Shown in pieces: positions 27,221 through 42,180 of a stretch of DNA of 64,000 bases; positions within the stretch are counted from its first letter, which is position 1, and each line of letters starts with the position of its first letter. Position numbers and translations under genes: made by a program. This stretch comes from Octopus bimaculoides. Its lineage: Eukaryota. The notes below the pieces were generated by a model. The model was given only the letters and a program-made list of their open reading frames with translations. It ran no database searches and had not been told where the DNA came from. Location of the stretch: positions 33,646,113 to 33,710,112 of the forward strand of contig NC_069004.1 in assembly GCF_001194135.2 (NCBI RefSeq). Direction: 5' to 3'.

Positions 27221-28490
27221 NNNNNNNNNNNNNNNNNNNNNNNNNNNNNNNNNNNNNNNNNNNNNNNNNNNNNNNNNNNNNNNNNNNNNNNNNNNNNNNN
27301 NNNNNNNNNNNNNNNNNNNNNNNNNNNNNNNNNNNNNNNNNNNNNNNNNNNNNNNNNNNNNNNNNNNNNNNNNNNNNNNNNNNNNNNNNNNNNNNNNNNN
27401 NNNNNNNNNNNNNNNNNNNNNNNNNNNNNNNNNNNNNNNNNNNNNNNNNNNNNNNNNNNNNNNNNNNNNNNNNNNNNNNNNNNNNNNNNNNNNNNNNNNN
27501 NNNNNNNNNNNNNNNNNNNNNNNNNNNNNNNNNNNNNNNNNNNNNNNNNNNNNNNNNNNNNNNNNNNNNNNNNNNNNNNNNNNNNNNNNNNNNNNNNNNN
27601 NNNNNNNNNNNNNNNNNNNNNNNNNNNNNNNNNNNNNNNNNNNNNNNNNNNNNNNNNNNNNNNNNNNNNNNNNNNNNNNNNNNNNNNNNNNNNNNNNNNN
27701 NNNNNNNNNNNNNNNNNNNNNNNNNNNNNNNNNNNNNNNNNNNNNNNNNNNNNNNNNNNNNNNNNNNNNNNTTTGTTCATTTAGAAATGCTTCTTCTGGC
27801 TTCCGTTGGGTACATGAAGTACCCGGCTCTGATTCAACATGACATATACTAGATGATGTGTGTGGGTGTGTGGGTGGGTGGGTGATGTTTTGTACCTAAA
27901 ATATCCAAGTAACTGAGAGTAGAAATGTAGAATTTCTAAAACTGCAGAGGAAAAAGAAGGAAAAAAAATGAATTTTTAAAATTTTATTTTCGCAATCATT
28001 TGAAGAAAGAAAAACATTGCAGGTTATTTGAAGAACGAAAGGAAGCTGGATGGAAATGATGCAAAAAGATGGTGAAGAAAGAGGAAGTTAGGTAACATGG
28101 TTGGTCAATTTGAATCATGTCTACAGGAATATTACTAGAAGGAAGCAAAGAAATGTTGTAAAGAAAAAAAAACGCAAAAAAAAAAAACCAGACAAATAAT
28201 GAAATAAATGAAATGTTATTGTTGTTGTTGTTGTTGTCATCATCAAAAGCAGCAACAACAACAACAGAAGCAGTGGCACTAAATGTCTCTGGTGAAGGAA
28301 TTGCTTTAGTTGCAACAAACATCACCACCACCACCACCCAAATTACAACAACAACAACACAAACACAAACACTAACAACAACAACAACAACAACAACAGT
28401 AGCAGCAATACTGCCATGTCTTCCACCAGTATCAACAATAACACAAGAAGCACCATCACCACTACCACTACCACCACCACTACCACCACC

Positions 28491-28539
<49 letters not shown>

Positions 28540-28574
28540 CTCAAAAAGACAAGAAAACAACAACAAAAAACAAC

Positions 28575-28702
28575 GTGAGGACGTGATACAGATTGTGTTA
28601 CTAGACGCTCGGGAAAGGAAAGAGAGAGAATATGACGTTTCGAGCGGAGCTCTTCATCGGAAACAAAGAAAGTCCAAAGAAGGGAAAAACGGAGGAAGAA
28701 AA

Positions 28703-28705
<3 letters not shown>
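28575..28705 (-). mobile_element. Penelope-like element terminal repeat with hammerhead-like motif (core 28634-28660)
   Basis: Minus strand CCGATGA-A-GAGC-TCC-GCTC-GAAA-CGTC; flanks align with the 12735-12870 copy. Confidence 0.6.
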
Positions 28706-28734
<29 letters not shown>

Positions 28735-31700
28735 CGATGGGCTTCTTTCAGTTTCTGCCTACCAAATCCACTCTGAAGGTTTTGGTTAGCCTGAAGCTAT
28801 AATAGAAGACACTTGCCAAGGTATCACACAGTGAGACTGAACCTGGAACCATGTGATTGGGAAGCAAGTTTCTTAACGCACAGCTAAGCCTGCCCACCAA
28901 CTGAAAAATGATAAAAGACTGGATGGTCATGTATGGAAACCTTAAGATCAAAGATCTGCTGAACCAAAGGTGGCCTAAGACTAAACTTCAACACCACTGA
29001 CCCCGACAACCACCAACATAAAACATCTCTCATAAAAGACCCCCTGCAAATAAAAAAAAAAAAAACAGAAGCAAANNNNNNNNNNAAGCAAATATTCTAA
29101 TACATTAGATAATGTACTCCAAGGTACATAATGTCTGAAATAAAAAAAAAAAAATGGAGTGAGCATGGCTGGAATGCTTTTGATCTTCTGCTCAATTAGA
29201 GCCTACTAAGGAGCTAAACAAAATATTAACCACCTATAAAAACATCAACCAACCACCACCACCATGACGACAATGATAACTGCCACCACCACCACCACCA
29301 CCGACATTGTCACCAGCATAAATATCACCATCACCTCCACCACCACCACCATCAGAATAATGATGACAACCACCACCACTGCCATTGCAAACAGCATAAA
29401 TATCCCCAAACACTTTCTGTGTGTGTGTCTGTGTGCCTGCATGCAAGCATGTATACATGTTTTCTTTTTAACCTACCCCTGTCCCCCACCCAGCCATCCA
29501 CCCGGCTTCATGAAGAATTCTGATTTAGGTGTGGTTTGTTTACCAAACACCAGAGATTTTGTCAGTAATTGGAAAGCTAAACTGGATATATATATACACA
29601 TTAAATATATATATATATACATACATACATTTATATATATATATATATATATACATATATGCATGTGTATCTATATTCATATAGACACACACATAAATGA
29701 TATTGGAAATGGCAGGGTATGAAGTGGGACAGTTCATGGTGGTGGTGGTGGTGGGGGGGTTGTAATGTCTCCCTACTCCTTATGAACCTCAGCNNNNNNN
29801 NNNNNNNNCATATATATATATACATATATATATATACATATATATATATACATATATATATATACATATATATATATACATATATATCATCATCATCATC
29901 ATCATCGTTGCTTAACGTCTGTTTTCCATGCTGGCATGGGTTGAACAATTTGACTGAGGACGGACGAGCCAGAAGGCCGCACCAGTCTCCAATCTGATCT
30001 GGCAAAGTTTCTACAGCTAGTTGAAAGGCAACATGGACCCCTGGTCCTCCTTGCACACCAAGTCAAATAGCTACATGGACCTGTACCTCTAGAGAAGACT
30101 TAAGTAATCTCTCTGAAATCACGTACTACTCTCTAGGCCAAAAACATGGAACAAAATATTCAATAATGCAAAGCATCCATGTTGGCAGCATGTAAAGAGT
30201 ACTCATGATGGTGCCATGTATAAAGCCCCTGGGTCAGTACCACATAAAAAGCACCCAATACATTCTGTAGAGTACAGAGGGGGAGCGCTAAAACTGTGAT
30301 AAGTAAAACTGGGATGTTATCAGTCTGAATATGTTTGATGCACGTTTGAACTGGGGAACAAGCTACTCACTGCAGAGAATATACCTCGCTTGTTGACAAA
30401 TGGTGTATAGATTTATATCAAGTTGCATCACCATCTACCCAGACTGAGAGGCAAGAATTTCGGAATAGTTATCTTGTCTTCGGTCATTGACACCGAGCAG
30501 GCGGTGCTGCGAGCTGATTGAAGAGACTGGTTCTCTTATGCTTTTCCAATTGCCATATGGCGACTGGCAGTGCTGTACGGTGGGTCACGGTAAGTAAATT
30601 ACAGAGGGAGAGTGTTAAGCGGTGATAAGTAAAATTGCAATGTAAAGTGTTAAGAAGGGCATCCAGCCATAAACACCATTGCCAAAGCAGACAACAAAGC
30701 CTGGTGCAGTCCTCTCGCTTCCCAGCTCCTGTCAAGCCGTCCAACCCATGCCAGCATGAAAATCGGACATTAAATGATGATGACGATGATGATGATGATG
30801 GTGATGGTGATGTGGTTTTCAGCTATGCAAAAAGATGTGATGATTATGTCTGGAAACATTTCTGATCGTAACCGTTCTCAGTCAAGGCCAAATCGGGGGC
30901 TCGACAACAACAACTACAAGAACACCCTATAAAATATGATTACAGCTATTTTTATGCCGAGGCAACTCTTAATTCCCAGGGGGTATTTGATATTAAAAAA
31001 AAAAAAAAACAGGAATATGATACAGCCCACTTAAGATTCCTGAGTAATATGGAATGGTTTATCAATTTGCCAAAATTATATGGTGCTGGTTTATTAATAA
31101 TCTTTGCTATGGGTTGACTTAATAATATTTATTTCTAACATTGGCACATGGCCAGAAATTTTCAAAGAAGCGATATATTAACCAATTAATGCCACTGAAG
31201 CTTATTATGGATACTTTATTTTATCAACCTCAAAAGGAGGAAAAATCAAGCAAAGTCGACCTTGATGGAAAGGGATGTAACTAAATACCCAAATGCTTTA
31301 CTGATTCTGTCAAACCAGAGCTTTTCTTTCATTTGTTCTACACCTGTTTTTTTTTATGCTAGCATGGGTTAGAAGCATTGTTTTACAGCCGGATGCCTTT
31401 CCTGTGGCTAACCTTTACTGGTTTTGCAAGTAAAGAATGTTTTTATTCATACACATGCACTTATATGCACATATGTACACACACATGTACACATGTGTGT
31501 GCGTGTTTATGAAGGATGCATGGGTGTGTCTGCATGTGTGTATGTGTGTGTCTGTGTGCATGAAGGACACATGAGTGTGTGTGCATGTGTGTGTGTATGA
31601 AGGATGCATGGGGGTACTAAGTTATGGGGGACGTAAACACACCAGCATCAGTTGTCAAGCGGTGGTGGGGGATAACACACACACACACACAATGGGTTTC

Positions 31701-34470
31701 TTTCAGTTTCCATCTACTAAATCCATTCACAAGGGTCTGGTCGGCCCTAGGCTGTACCAGAAGACATTTGCCTGAGGTGCCACACTGTGGGACTGAACCT
31801 GAAATCTCGTAGTCAGGAAGCACATGATTAACCAATAATAATTGGTTACAAATTTTGGCACAAGGCCAGCAGTTTTGGTGGGGGCAGGTAAGTTGATTAC
31901 ATCGACCCCAGTACACAACTGGTACTTATTTTATCAACCCCAAAAAGATGAAAGCCAACAACGGAATAGTAATGTTACGAATCAGTCACAAAATGTTTCC
32001 TACGCTCCTCCTCGTTTGTTTCGGTGATGAAGTTTTCCTGGAGGATGTTCACAGCATTTTCATTGCCTCCCAAAAAAACGTTTTAGGGTATCTTCTCACA
32101 CCCCTTTCACACCCTGCTCCTGAGCTTGTGTCTGAAAAACCCATATGTATCTTAAACCAACTAAATCCCCAATTATAGCCAACCCCAAAACACAAAGCTC
32201 CCTAATACCGAAACCACAGCCCTTCCCAATACCAAACCACAATGTCGCTCCTCAACAGCCAACTCGAACCCTCACAATACCACCACCACCGCCACAACAC
32301 CCTCATCAACAACTAATCACAACCACCCCTACGTCACAATAACAACTACCACCACAACTGCCTACCCCCAATATCACAACCACCACCATCACCACCACTA
32401 CCACCACCACCACTACCACCATATCACTCTCTCAACACCAAACCACAATTAACCCCTCTCCCACCAATACAATGCCAAGAGTCTGCACCCCTACTACTAC
32501 CACCTAAGCCATAATTTCTTTAGTTTTGGATTAAATTTAATTAGAAATTCCTAAAATACCACAATCAATTACTCTAATTTTTTCTTTTTAGTGAAGGGGG
32601 AGGGGTCCATTTTCAAAGCCCAGAATGGTATCCCCACATACACACACATAAGCGCATAATTCCTTCCACCAACTAATATATACACACACACATGACTCCC
32701 ACACAACTCACAAATACCTTCACTTACAGACAGACAGACAGACAGTCAGACAGACAGTCAGACAGACTAACCCTTAACCCCAAACACACACACACACTAC
32801 AGGTACCTGTACTGCAGGAGGTCCAGTAATGAAAAGTGAAGGGATGGATGGGTGGCGAGGGTGAAAGGGGGAGTAGGTAGAGTGGATGAAATGGGGAGCG
32901 AAAGAGGTGGGGAGGAGACATGCAGAAGAAATTTATTAGTTACGGGAGGGGTAGTTGGGTGAGATTTAAATGGAAAATAATGGGAAGAGAAGATGAAATG
33001 GAGACAAAAAATGTATAAAGATATTATAGAGGGTAAAATGGTAAAGAACACCTTTGGCCAAATTCTTTTGAAGAGCTGAAGCGAAGCAGATATTTTGGAA
33101 AGAAGTTTACATATCATAAGTGCTTTCGTTGACAGAAAATATTTTCTTAATCTTAATAACTTTGAAGTAAATCTTTCTTGAAATATCGTGACAGTATCAA
33201 GTATTTTGTGCAGATGTGGCTGTTTGGTAAGAAATTTGCTTCCCAACCACATGGTTCTGGGTTCAGTCCCACTGTGTGGCACCTTGAGCATGTGTCTTCT
33301 ACTACAAGCCTCAAGCTGACCGAAGCCTTGCGAGAGGATTTAGTAGATGGAAACTGAAAGAAACTTCACGATGGTGGTATTTATGTGTGTGTGTCTTTGT
33401 GACTATGTTTGTCCCCCTACCATCGTTTGACAACCGATGTTGGTGTGTTTATGTCCCTGTAACTTAGCAGTTTGGCAAAAAGAGACCAATAGAACAAGTA
33501 CCTGGCTAACAAAGAATAAGTCTTGGGGTTAATTTCTTCAACTAAAAAAAACCCCTTAAAAGTGGTGCAAACGCAAGAAAATAGCACTCAATATGCTTGG
33601 TTGACCTGAGGCTATAGTAGATGACACTTGTCTGAGGTACCATTCAGTGAGATTGAACCAGAAGCCACAAAGTCATATTTCATTTAATTTTGGGAGTAAA
33701 GTGATAAATCTTTTTGTTTTCCTTTAATCATTTTTCTTCTTTTTTCCTTTAGCTTTTGTATAAACCTTGTAAATCAAGTTCTTGCAAATATTTTCTCATA
33801 TTTACGACACAAAGCAATGAAAGTAGAGACAAAAAAAAAACCCCAAAAAAACCCCAAAAGCACTCATAGATTTGACTGCTATTTCTAGCATGTTGTATAT
33901 ATATATATATATATATATAATTGGTGGATCCTTTTGCTCATTGTCAGTGATTTGAATGCGACCATTGAAATGAAAAGTGATGAAGATTTGACAGAAAATT
34001 AATGGATAGTCAAACTATTACTTTATAAATATCAACATATTAATTAAATTTATTCATAAATGTCAATTGAAGAGTGAAAACTAGCGATTATTGATTCCAA
34101 CACATTCAAGATTGGAACGAAAATGGCAGGATTATCAATAAAGAGGAAGGTTATGCTATTTCAAGAAAGAAGCCAAAATATATAGCAAGGATATCGATAC
34201 AAATGCTTGTAATAGTAGTGGTGGTGGTGGTGGTGGTGGGAATTGTAATGATATTGTGGAGAGCGATTTCTGCATATTCATTCTGCGAATTGCAATCCAT
34301 TGTGTCTTGTTTTGCGAAATCAATGCAGCGTCAGTTTGATGGATTGGTGGGGGTTGCACAAAAGAACAATTTCTGTTTGTGCATACGTATTGGGGGAAAA
34401 TCCTGGAAATCTGTGTGCAGAAAATGCAGAAAATAAATTCTTTACATTTTAGATTTTATTCATAAACACG

Positions 34471-34512
<42 letters not shown>

Positions 34513-35379
34513 TGCACATAATCATCATCATCATCATCATCATCTTTACATCGATTTTCCATGCTGGCATGGGTTGGACGTTTCAATAGGAACTAATTGA
34601 TTACAGAAGCAGTCTTGCTCCAGTGCACCAGGTTTGGCATGGCTTCTATAGCAAGATGCTCTTCCTAACACAAACCATGTGGCTCCCATGTGACCATCAG
34701 CCATCTTTCTTTCTTTCTTATCCTAACTTGTGTCCTTAGTTTGACATTGTGTGATAGTTGTAGGCAAGTATCACTGAAATGCAAGCATGTCCTTCATTTC
34801 AGATTTTCTCAATGAGGAAATATCTTGTTTGGAAACAGGTGAGTGAGGGTTGAAGACAGGAATAATCGTCCAACCATAGAAATAAAAAACTCTTTGACAA
34901 ATTCTGTCTGACCCATACAAGCATGGAAATGTTGATGTTAAAACAATGATGATGATGCTGATGATGATATAGATCCAAAATGCTTCCCTTCATCACATTA
35001 TGCCCCTTTAAAATATGGAGGTGGGTTTAGGGCTGCAGACAACTGGAGAAGTGGGGGGGGAGGGGAATTATTTTCAAGAAAGCAAAGCAGGAAGGAAGGA
35101 AAGACAATCTACCCCCTCCCCTCTCCAGCATTTCTCCCCCCCCCCAGTGAACAGAAGTTGAGTGAAACTGGGAGGCAAAATGTTACTGCCGCGTACGTGT
35201 ATATACACAAACATACACCGACGTATACATACACGTGTACTGATATATAAACATACACAAACAAACATACAGTAAACATACATAAATACATACACATATA
35301 CAGACGTACATACAAACACACAGAATATACAGACATACTGACATACATATGTAACATACATATAGACATACATGCAAAA

Positions 35380-35415
<36 letters not shown>

Positions 35416-35543
35416 GTATGCATATAATATTCATACATAGATGCTTACATGTATAAGTTCATACACATGCATACTAACAAACATAAATACATATTGATGT
35501 ACGTACTTGCGTATACACATGTATGTATAAGTGTGCGTGTGTG

Positions 35544-35580
<37 letters not shown>

Positions 35581-36106
35581 TGACAAACATACATAACATG
35601 CATAAATACACACACAAGCAAAATGACATACACATGCATATAAGAAGACAGATAGAAGGACATACAGACATGTAGAGACACAAGGGACATATATAAGGAT
35701 AATGGGTGGGAAATGGCAAATACACACACACAAACACATGCACACATGCCTGCACGCGTGCGTGCACACGCACAAACACACACACACACACACACACATC
35801 TAAATCTCACCCACCCACCTCTGCTTGCCATCCTTAACAGAATGCAAGCTCACCTACCCCAACCACTACCCTTCTACTGCCAGACATATACATACATAGA
35901 AATAAGCAGGAACATGTAGTGACAGGAGGGGAGGGGTGACAGACAGACAGACAGACAGACCAGTTCCAGTGTTGCAAGAACCGAAGCCATTAATGTGTGC
36001 TAGCTACAAGTACTCAAGTACCAGTCACAGGAAGCACATGCCAGAAGAGGGTGGTGAGTAGAGGTTTCACACACACACACATACATGTAGAAACAACATA
36101 CACACA

Positions 36107-36145
<39 letters not shown>

Positions 36146-37263
36146 NNNNNNNNNNNNNNNNNNNNNNNNNNNNNNNNNNNNNNNNNNNNNNNNNNNNNNN
36201 NNNNNNNNNNNNNNNNNNNNNNNNNNNNNNNNNNNNNNNNNNNNNNNNNNNNNNNNNNNNNNNNNNNNNNNNNNNNNNNNNNNNNNNNNNNNNNNNNNNN
36301 NNNNNNNNNNNNNNNNNNNNNNNNNNNNNNNNNNNNNNNNNNNNNNNNNNNNNNNNNNNNNNNNNNNNNNNNNNNNNNNNNNNNNNNNNNNNNNNNNNNN
36401 NNNNNNNNNNNNNNNNNNNNNNNNNNNNNNNNNNNNNNNNNNNNNNNNNNNNNNNNNNNNNNNNNNNNNNNNNNNNNNNNNNNNNNNNNNNNNNNNNNNN
36501 NNNNNNNNNNNNNNNNNNNATATATATATATATATATATATATGTTCGCAAAACCTATATATATATCACCAGAACGCTATGCTTATGAAAATCATACCCC
36601 CACCCAACACAATTAAATATATATATATGTGTGTGTGTGTGAGTATGTGTGTGTGTATGTGTGTGTGTGTGGTATACATATATTTATATATATGATGGCT
36701 GCTTCATCATACATACGTAAATATACACACACACAGACACACACACGTATGTATGTGTATGTATGTATCCTAGTGGTGTTTCCTGCATGAATGCAAAGCA
36801 CATCTGTGATATAAAGCTTGAATGCATATAACAAAATCAGGTTTTCATATAAAACTCGCAGTCAGTGAGAGACGGGTAGAAAGAGGGCAGATTCCTACCA
36901 TATATGTACTCCTCTTCAATTATTTTGCTCTGAATTTTGAAATTACATTCCCTGCTTTAAAACCCAAGGGATATCCCTCACTACCATATTTAACCAAAAA
37001 GGTAGTTTTTCTCTCCAGCCCAGTTGTGTCATTTGTTTCCTGAAATAAGTTTCAGGGCTTGCATCTTGAAATTGTTTGTTACTACTTTGACCAATGTCTT
37101 TGAGGTTCAGCTTGACCACAGCCACTGTGGTCAAGCTGAACACTCCTCTTTGAATATTCAGCACTTATTTTTTTTTAATCTTTTGTGTTATTGTTATGCC
37201 TGTAGATACATCTATGCATCTATGAACATACTTGCATATATACATGCAAATATAGATATATAT

Positions 37264-37305
<42 letters not shown>

Positions 37306-37308
37306 GCG

Positions 37309-38225
37309 TGAAGATAGCATCAAGATGAATGCAGTGCTGAAATCTCTGTAAATGCACGATGCATCAAACTGCTCAGAGATGCAAACCCTGGATGCACAAC
37401 TGATATGGTTCTGCCATCTCCGCCAGTAAGAGTTCCAATTGGGAAGGGGTGGTCAAGCATGGAGACACTATCTCTTCAAAGCTCTTCACTGCATGCCTAG
37501 AAATGGTCATCAGAGATATTGCCTGGGCAAGTGGTGAGAGCATTGACGACAAATCTCCTAACACACCTCTGAAATGCAGACGACTTTATAGTCATTGCCG
37601 AAACCACAGATCAGCCAGAGACCATGCTGACGCAACAGGACACTCCTAACTCAGCAGCAGGCCTTAAAATGAACAGCAGGAAAATGAAACAGAGGCAGCC
37701 CTAAGATGCAGCACAAAGCTGAATAGAGGTGGGAAGCGATGAAATCGAGGAAGTAAAGGAGTATGTCTAATTAGGGTACACAGTGGGTATACACTGAGGT
37801 ATGGTTGCTGAAATCTCAAAGAAAATAATGGTAGGATGGCAGGCATTTATTTCAATAAAGCTAGACAATACTCGAAACAAAGCTAGACAAAGCCAATATG
37901 TATGAGACTCTTTAATAGCACTGTCCTGCCTGCGCTCTTCTACGCAGGTAAGATGTGGTCTGCTATGGAGACGATAGAACATCGATTGGCTGTGAAGCAA
38001 AGGACCATGGAGATAGCCATGCTAGGAATATCATCATGGGAGCATGTTCGAAATTAGGTAATTTGAGAATGGAGTGGAGAGAATGATGCAAGTGAAGAAT
38101 ACCAGAAGACAAGAGTGCTGCTGGTCTGAATGTGTTGCAAGGTTCACAGACGACTGGTGAACCTATGCAGTTACCAAGGGGCATCCAAGAGATTGCAAAA
38201 AGCCACTTGGAAGGCCTCCATGATG
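37309..38225 (+). mobile_element. Degenerate RTE-clade LINE, reverse transcriptase fragment
   Basis: Frameshifted translation gives KHGDTISSKLFTACLE (QGD motif), THL*NADDFIVIAE (FADD motif), GLKMNSRKMK, EEVKEYV*LG, FNSTVLPALFYAGKMW and KPLGRPP, in the order typical of RTE RT/C-terminus; multiple stops. Confidence 0.88.
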
Positions 38226-38251
38226 ATAGGAAGATGAGTTATGACAAGATA

Positions 38252-38416
38252 GGCGTAGGAGTGGCTGTGTGGTAAGTAGCTTGCTCACCAACCACATGGC
38301 TCCGGGTTCAGTCCCACTGCATGGCACCTTGGGCAAGTGTCTTCTACTATAGCCTCGGGCCAACCAAAGCCTTGTGAGTGGATTTGGCAGACGGAAACTG
38401 AAAGAAGCCCATCGTA

Positions 38417-38505
<89 letters not shown>

Positions 38506-38773
38506 GTGTGTGTTTATGTTTGTGTGTCTGTGTTTGTCCCTCCAACATCGTGTGTTGCTGGTGTGTTAACGCCCCCGTAACTTAGTGGTATGGCAAAAGA
38601 GACTGATAGAATAAGTACTAGGCTTACAAAGAATAAGTCCTGGGGTCGATTTGCTCGACTAAAGGCNNNNNNNNNNAGAATAAGTCCTGGGGTCGATTTG
38701 CTCGACTAAAGGCGGTGCTCCAGCATGGCCACAGTCAAATGACTGTAACAAGTAAAAGTAAAAGAGTAAAGAG
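38252..38773 (+). mobile_element. tRNA-headed SINE family 1, near full-length young copy with internal (TA)n/(TG)n
   Basis: A-box-like TGGCTGTGTGG, B-box-like GGTTCAGTCCC, (AAAGAGT)-type tail. Many homologous partial copies across the window (e.g. ~60-165, 5790-5915, 6620-7020, 9790-9970, 22170-22320, 24260-24390, 28735-28890, 31610-31830, 33215-33560, 50190-50335, 56150-56480, 60360-60720). Confidence 0.85.
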
Positions 38774-39825
38774 ATGGAAATGAACGATGCAACCTAACGC
38801 TTTGCAACCAGAGATATATATTGCCATACGGGGATACAGTGATTATTACTTAGCTAGTTCATTAATTAAGCATTTAACTAATCAATGTAATGACTTATTG
38901 CTTGATCGATCAATAAATCAGTTGATTTGTCGGAGATTTTCTATCACCATTTGTGATCTCATCAATGGCAAGCAGACCACCCCGTCATTGCAGTTTGTCA
39001 TGGTGTGTTCAAACTGGACATAATGATTAGTGAATTCGAATCAAATAGTTAATTAGTTAATTAGTTGAGTAATAATAACAAGTATAAGAAGTGAAATAGA
39101 ACCAGTGCATGTGTTTTTTTTACTGTGAAAATACAAAAACATGTTTCAACATACAATTTCACATCAAGAATCTTGTAAAACAAATAGAAAAAGTGATGCA
39201 TGCACTCACACACACACACACACACACTTATAAACTACTGAATGTTCTTTTAGCAAACCATTATGCTTTTATCACTGCATTCCTATTAAAAGTGAATTTA
39301 CTCTTACACACATATGTTCACACACACACACACACACAAGCCTACACACACACACATAAACACAGGCCTACACACACTTACACACACACACAAACACACC
39401 ACCACCACCACCACCACCAGAAACAGAGTCTATTTCCTTGAAAGACATTCCATACATGTTCATCTGTCTTTGATGTTTGTTATTGTTCTTGTTGCCATTG
39501 GTTACTCCCTAACACACACGCACACACACATACACTCAAACCGAATCCATCCTCTCCCCACTCCCCCCCGACATCCTCCTCCTCTCCTTGCTGTATTTGA
39601 TGCTTTTGTTTAAGAATCAGAAGCTATCTCTAAACAATGGCACCAACCAACAAAAATACGCTTTAAGGTGAATCAATTACTGTTTTAAAAACACCAGATG
39701 GAAAATTAAAAATACACATACACACATGCATGCACACACACACACACACACACACACATACATATATACACATGCATATAAATATATATATACAATATAT
39801 ATTTAACATATTTATACATATCTAT

Positions 39826-39874
<49 letters not shown>

Positions 39875-40587
39875 CACATACATGTATACATACATACACA
39901 TATATAGATACACGTATAGATATATATATATACATATATATACACACACACATACCTATACACATAGATACATATATACATGTGCATACATACCTCTGGA
40001 AATACACACACATATCTATGCACATACACATGCATACATATATACATACATACATACATACATACATACATACATACCTATACACGCATATACACAAAAA
40101 AACCCCACACAAAAATCAAATAAAACTATATAAAAAGAAAACAGGAGAGCAGGTAGATTGGCGACCTTCTGTTTTGTAAAGAACTGCCGTTTCTTTTCAA
40201 TCTGGTGTTCTTAAACGAAGAACTTTTAAGGTTAGATTACATGTTGTTATCATAACAAGGATTGTTGTTATTGGCAGAAGCATTTGAGAATCGGTAAAAT
40301 TGCCTGCCAGTATTTATGGTGAGTCTTTACATTGTGTGTCCAAATATCACCATTGTTACCTTTGCCTTTCATCTCTCGGCGGGGGGCGGGAGTGGGGATC
40401 AATAAAACAGTGTACTAGTCAAGTATTGGAGTTGGTGGTATCACCTGAGCCCCACCCCTCAAAATTGCTACATCAGATTAAAATACAATTGCTAATATTG
40501 GGTTTTTTAAGCCAATCTTTACATGCTATTATTTGTAATGTAATCTACTTCAAATTCAACCATTTAAAATGAATCATATATGTATAA

Positions 40588-40642
<55 letters not shown>

Positions 40643-40763
40643 AGATAGATAGATAGATAGATGTACACACATATTTACGTATGTGTATATATGTGTACAT
40701 AAACACTCACACACAAGTGAGTGGAAAATAAAGGGTATATACATATATCTGCATACATAAATA

Positions 40764-40796
<33 letters not shown>

Positions 40797-40856
40797 ATAA
40801 ATAGATAGATAGAGAGATAAACACATGTATTTACATATATATGTATATATGTATAT

Positions 40857-40889
<33 letters not shown>

Positions 40890-40904
40890 ATACACATGTA
40901 TATT

Positions 40905-40981
<77 letters not shown>

Positions 40982-41056
40982 GGAGAGAGAGATAATGACA
41001 CACTGACATGCATAGATGCATAAATATTTATAATTACACATGATCCTACTTCATCC

Positions 41057-41091
<35 letters not shown>

Positions 41092-41741
41092 CAATATGCA
41101 GAGGCAGGCAAGGTTACAGGAGTCATAGGATGGATAGAGGGGAGGGTGGGCAGGCGGATGCTTTGNNNNNNNNNNNNNNNNNNNNNNNNNNNNNNNNNNN
41201 NNNNNNNNNNNNNNNNNNNNNNNNNNNNNNNNNNNNNNNNNNNNNNNNNNNNNNNNNNNNNNNNNNNNNNNNNNNNNNNNNNNNNNNNNNNNNNNNNNNN
41301 NNNNNNNNNNNNNNNNNNNNNNNNNNNNNNNNNNNNNNNNNNNNNNNNNNNNNNNNNNNNNNNNNNNNNNNNNNNNNNNNNNNNNNNNNNNNNNNNNNNN
41401 NNNNNNNNNNNNNNNNNNNNNNNNNNNNNNNNNNNNNNNNNNNNNNNNNNNNNNNNNNNNNNNNNNNNNNNNNNNNNNNNNNNNNNNNNNNNNNNNNNNN
41501 NNNNNNNNNNNNNNNNNNNNNNNNNNNNNNNNNNNNNNNNNNNNNNNNNNNNNNNNNNNNNNNNNNNNNNNNNNNNNNNNNNNNNNNNNNNNNNNNNNNN
41601 NNNNNNNNNNNNNNNNNNNNNNNNNNCACTTCTTCCTCCTTGTCCATTTCTTCCACCGCCACTGCCACCGCTGCCGCCATTCAACAATGTGCTACCCCCA
41701 CCTCTATTATATTAATGCAGCATGGAAAGCGGACGTTAAAC

Positions 41742-41774
<33 letters not shown>

Positions 41775-41796
41775 ATATATATATATATATACATAC

Positions 41797-42180
41797 AGGT
41801 GCAGGAGTTGCTTACCAACCACATGGTTCTGGGTTCAGTCCCACTGTGTGGCACCTTGGGCAAGTGTCTTCTACTATAGCCGCGGGTCGACCAAAGCCTT
41901 GTGAGTGGATTTTGTAGACGGAAACTGAAAGAAGCCCGTTGTATATATGTATATGTATGTATGTATGTATGTATGTGTTTGTGTCTGTGTTTGTCGCCAC
42001 AACATCGCTTGGCAACTGATAGTGGTTTGTTTACATCCCCGTAACTTAGCGGTTCAGCAAAAGAAACCAATAGAATAAGTACTAGGCTTACAAAGAATAA
42101 GCCCCTGGGTTGATTTGCTTGACTAAAGGCGGTGCTCCAGCATGGCCGCAGTCAAATGACTGACACAAATAAAAGAATAC
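41797..42180 (+). mobile_element. SINE family 1 copy with A-box deletion
   Basis: Collinear with 38252-38773 but lacking TGGCTGTGTGGTAAGTAGC. Confidence 0.85.

Noticed and set aside
32798-32811. TACAGGTACCTGTA palindrome after a long pyrimidine tract as a recursive splice site
   Set aside because: Regenerated donor GTACCT is weak; no supporting evidence.
38252-38330. tRNA gene
   Set aside because: A/B-box-like head continues into a SINE body; no cloverleaf could be supported.
38627-38715. Direct duplication around a 10-N gap (also 45615-45725 and 50104-50190)
   Set aside because: Identical sequence on both sides of 10 Ns is an unmerged contig overlap, an assembly artefact.
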